From assembly GCF_009914755.1 (NCBI RefSeq), contig NC_060939.1: DNA of 64,000 nt. One strand, written 5' to 3'. This stretch comes from the human T2T-CHM13v2.0 reference genome, Homo sapiens. The position numbers and the translations under genes were made by a program. Of this stretch, positions 61,882-64,000 are shown piece by piece. Under the pieces are notes generated by a model. That model ran no database searches and was not told the origin of the DNA. It worked only from the letters and a program-made list of their open reading frames with translations. How positions within the stretch are numbered: the stretch's first letter is position 1; each line of letters begins with the position of its first letter.

Positions 61882-64000
61882 ATGTTTCCAAAATGCTGTA
61901 TCCAAACAAAGGTTCAACTCTGTGAATTGAGGGCATACATCACAAAGAAGATTCTGAGAATGCTTCTGTCTAGATTTTATATGAAAATATTCCCGTTTCC
62001 AACGAAATCCTCAAAGCTATCCAAATATCCACTTGCAAATGCCACAAAAAGAGTGTTTCCAAACTGCTCTGTGAAAAGGAAGGTTCAACTCTGTTAGTTG
62101 AGTACACACATCACAAAGAGGTTTCTCAGAATGCTGCTGACTAGTTTTTATTTGAAGATATTTCCCTTTTCACCTTAGGCCTAAGAGTGCTCGAAATGTC
62201 CATTTCCACATACTCCACAAAGTGTGTTTCAAACGTGCTGTATGAAAGGGAATGTTCAACTCTATGAGTTGAATGCAAACATCACAAAGAAGATTCTGAG
62301 AATGCTTTTGTCTAGATTTTATATGAAGATATTCCCGTGTCCAACGAAATTTTCAAAGGTCTCCAAATATCCATTTGTAGATTCTACAAAAAGAGTGTTT
62401 CCAAACTGCTGTATCAAAACAAAGGTTGAACTCTGTGAGTTGAGGACACACATCACAAATAAGTTTCTGAGAATGCTTCTGTCTAGTTTTTATTTGAAGA
62501 TGTTTCCTTTTTCACCATAGGCCTGAAAGCGCTCGAAATGTCCACTTCCAGATAGTACAGAAAGAGTGTTTCAAACCTGCTCTATGAACGGGAATGTTCA
62601 GCTCTGTGAGTTGAATGCAAACATCACAAAGCAGGTTCTGAGAATGCTTCCGTCTAGATTTTAAATGAGGATATTCCCGTTTCCAACGAAATCCTCGAAG
62701 CTATCCAAATATCCACTTGCAGATTCCACAAAAAGAGTGTTTCAAAACTGCTCTGTCAAAAGATAGGTTCAACTCTGTTAGTTGAGTACACACATGGCAA
62801 ACAAGATTCCGAGAATGCTTTCGTCTAGTTTTTTTGGGAAGATATTTCCTTCTTCACCATAGGCCTCAAAGCGCTCCAAATATCCATTTCCACATGCTAT
62901 ACAAAGAGTGTCTCAAACCTGCTGTATGAATGGGAATGTTCAACTCTATGAGTTGAATGCAAACATCACAAAGCAGTTTCTGAGAATGCTGCTGTCTACT
63001 TTCTATTTGTAATCCCGTTTCCAACGAAATCCTCAGAACTATCGAAATTTCCAATTGCAGATTCCACAAAAAGCGTGTTTCAAAGCTGCTCTGTAAAAAG
63101 AAAGGTTCAACTCTGTTAGTTGAATACACACGTCACAAACAAGTTTCTGAGAATGCTTCTGTCTAGTTTTTATGGGAAGATATTTCCTTTTTCACCGTAG
63201 GCCTCAAAGCGCTCCAAATGTCCACTTCCACATACTACAAAAAGAGTGTTTCAAACCTGCTGTATGAAAGGGAATGTTCAACTCTATGAGTTGAATGCAA
63301 ACATTACAAAGAAGTTTCTGAGAATGCTTCTGTCTAGATTTTATATGAAGGTTTTCCCGTTTCCAACGAAATTTTCAATGCTCTCAAAATATCCACTTGT
63401 AGATTCTACAAAAAGAGTGTTTCCAAACTGCTGTGTCAAAAGAAAGGTTCAACTCTGTTAGTTGAGGACACACATCACAAATAAGTTTCTGAGAATGCTT
63501 CTGTCTAGTTCTTATTTGAAGACATTTCCTTTCTCACCTTAGGCCTGAAAACGCTCGAAATATCCACTTCCAGATACGACAGAAACAGTGATTCAAACCT
63601 GCTCTATGAAAGGGAATGTTCAACTAGGTGACTTGAATGCAAACATCACAAAGCAGTTTCTGAGAATGCTGCTGTCTACTTTCTATTTGTAATCCCGTTT
63701 CCAACGAAATCCTCAGAACTATCGAAATTTCCAATTGCAGATTCCACAAAAAGCGTGTTTCAAAGCTGCTCTGTAAAAAGAAAGGTTCAACTCTGTTAGT
63801 TGAATACACACGTGACAAACAAGTTTCTGAGAATGCTTCTGTCTAGTTTTTATGGGAAGATATTTCCTTTTTCACCGTAGGCCTCAAAGCGCTCCAAATG
63901 TCCACTTCCACATACTACAAAAAGAGTGTTTCAAACCTGCTCTATGATAGGGAATGTTGAAACCTATGAGTTGAATGCAAGCATTACAAAGAGGTTTCTG
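61882..64000 (-). repeat. 13-mer HOR variant, truncated by the window end (predicted 2215 bp)
   Basis: 342-bp deletion junction at ~62953, followed by only one further 4-mer. The m2-specific TCTATGATAGGG...GAAACCTATG appears at 63941. Confidence 0.87.

Larger units (their letters stand above)
1..64000 (-). repeat. Alpha satellite (alphoid) centromeric higher-order repeat array, SF2-like dimeric type; most likely human chr15 D15Z3 / S2C15H1L
   Basis: Continuous ~171-bp tandem monomers with hallmark motifs (TTCTGAGAATGCTTCTGTCTAG, TTCAACTCTGTGAGTTGAATGCA). CENP-B box TTTCGTTGGAA(A/G)CGGGA lies on the minus strand in alternating monomers. HOR copies are near-identical. Alpha satellite call is essentially certain; the chromosome assignment rests on recalled 11/15-mer structure only (roughly 0.6). 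Confidence 0.99.

Noticed and set aside
453-63818. The 61-98 aa ORFs (MFPKCC..., MFQTCC..., MSQTCC..., MYSTNR...) as a repeated gene cluster or novel system
   Set aside because: They are chance stop-free stretches of alpha satellite recurring with HOR period. Many start at GTG. They have no recognisable domain, and they are created or destroyed by repeat indels and SNVs. Useful only as position markers.
1-64000. CRISPR-like array (conserved TTCTGAGAATGCT motif at regular spacing)
   Set aside because: The intervening sequences are homologous monomers, not unique spacers. The period is 171 bp and there are no cas genes.
1-64000. Transposon insertion (L1/Alu), inversion or non-satellite island
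   Set aside because: All anchor spacings are fully explained by monomer counts and the 1-, 4- and 21-bp indels. CENP-B boxes stay on one strand throughout.
1-64000. Assignment to other SF2 arrays with 4-, 7-, 11- or 15-mer units (D8Z2, D9Z4, D2Z1)
   Set aside because: No 7- or 8-mer units and no pure 4-mer array are seen, so D15Z3 fits better from recall. This is not excluded without BLAST or HMM classification against T2T HOR consensus sequences.

Overview
The whole 64-kb window is one uninterrupted, single-orientation array of primate alpha satellite: about 376 monomers of ~171 bp, with canonical CENP-B boxes on the minus strand. It has the dimeric CENP-B-box/A-box organisation typical of a human suprachromosomal family 2 (SF2) centromeric higher-order repeat (HOR). 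The best guess, from recall and not database-verified, is chromosome 15 D15Z3 (S2C15H1L), known for 11-mer and 15-mer HORs. I used the once-per-unit anchor ATGTTTCCAAAATG (453, 3010, ... 61882) to delimit 25 complete units: fifteen 15-mers (2557 bp; one 2556; two 2536), six 11-mers (1877 or 1856), three 17-mers (2895) and one 19-mer (3233), plus a truncated 13-mer at the end. Monomers are numbered m1-m15 from position 1. All ORFs in the track are artefacts of the repeat. I found no genes, RNA genes, transposons, inversions or CRISPR arrays, and no new protein-coding system. The information worth pursuing is the array's recombination record: a variable 4-mer module, a recurrent 21-bp deletion, a 342-bp deletion lineage, multi-HOR super-repeats, long-range duplications traced by shared SNVs, and CENP-B box losses.
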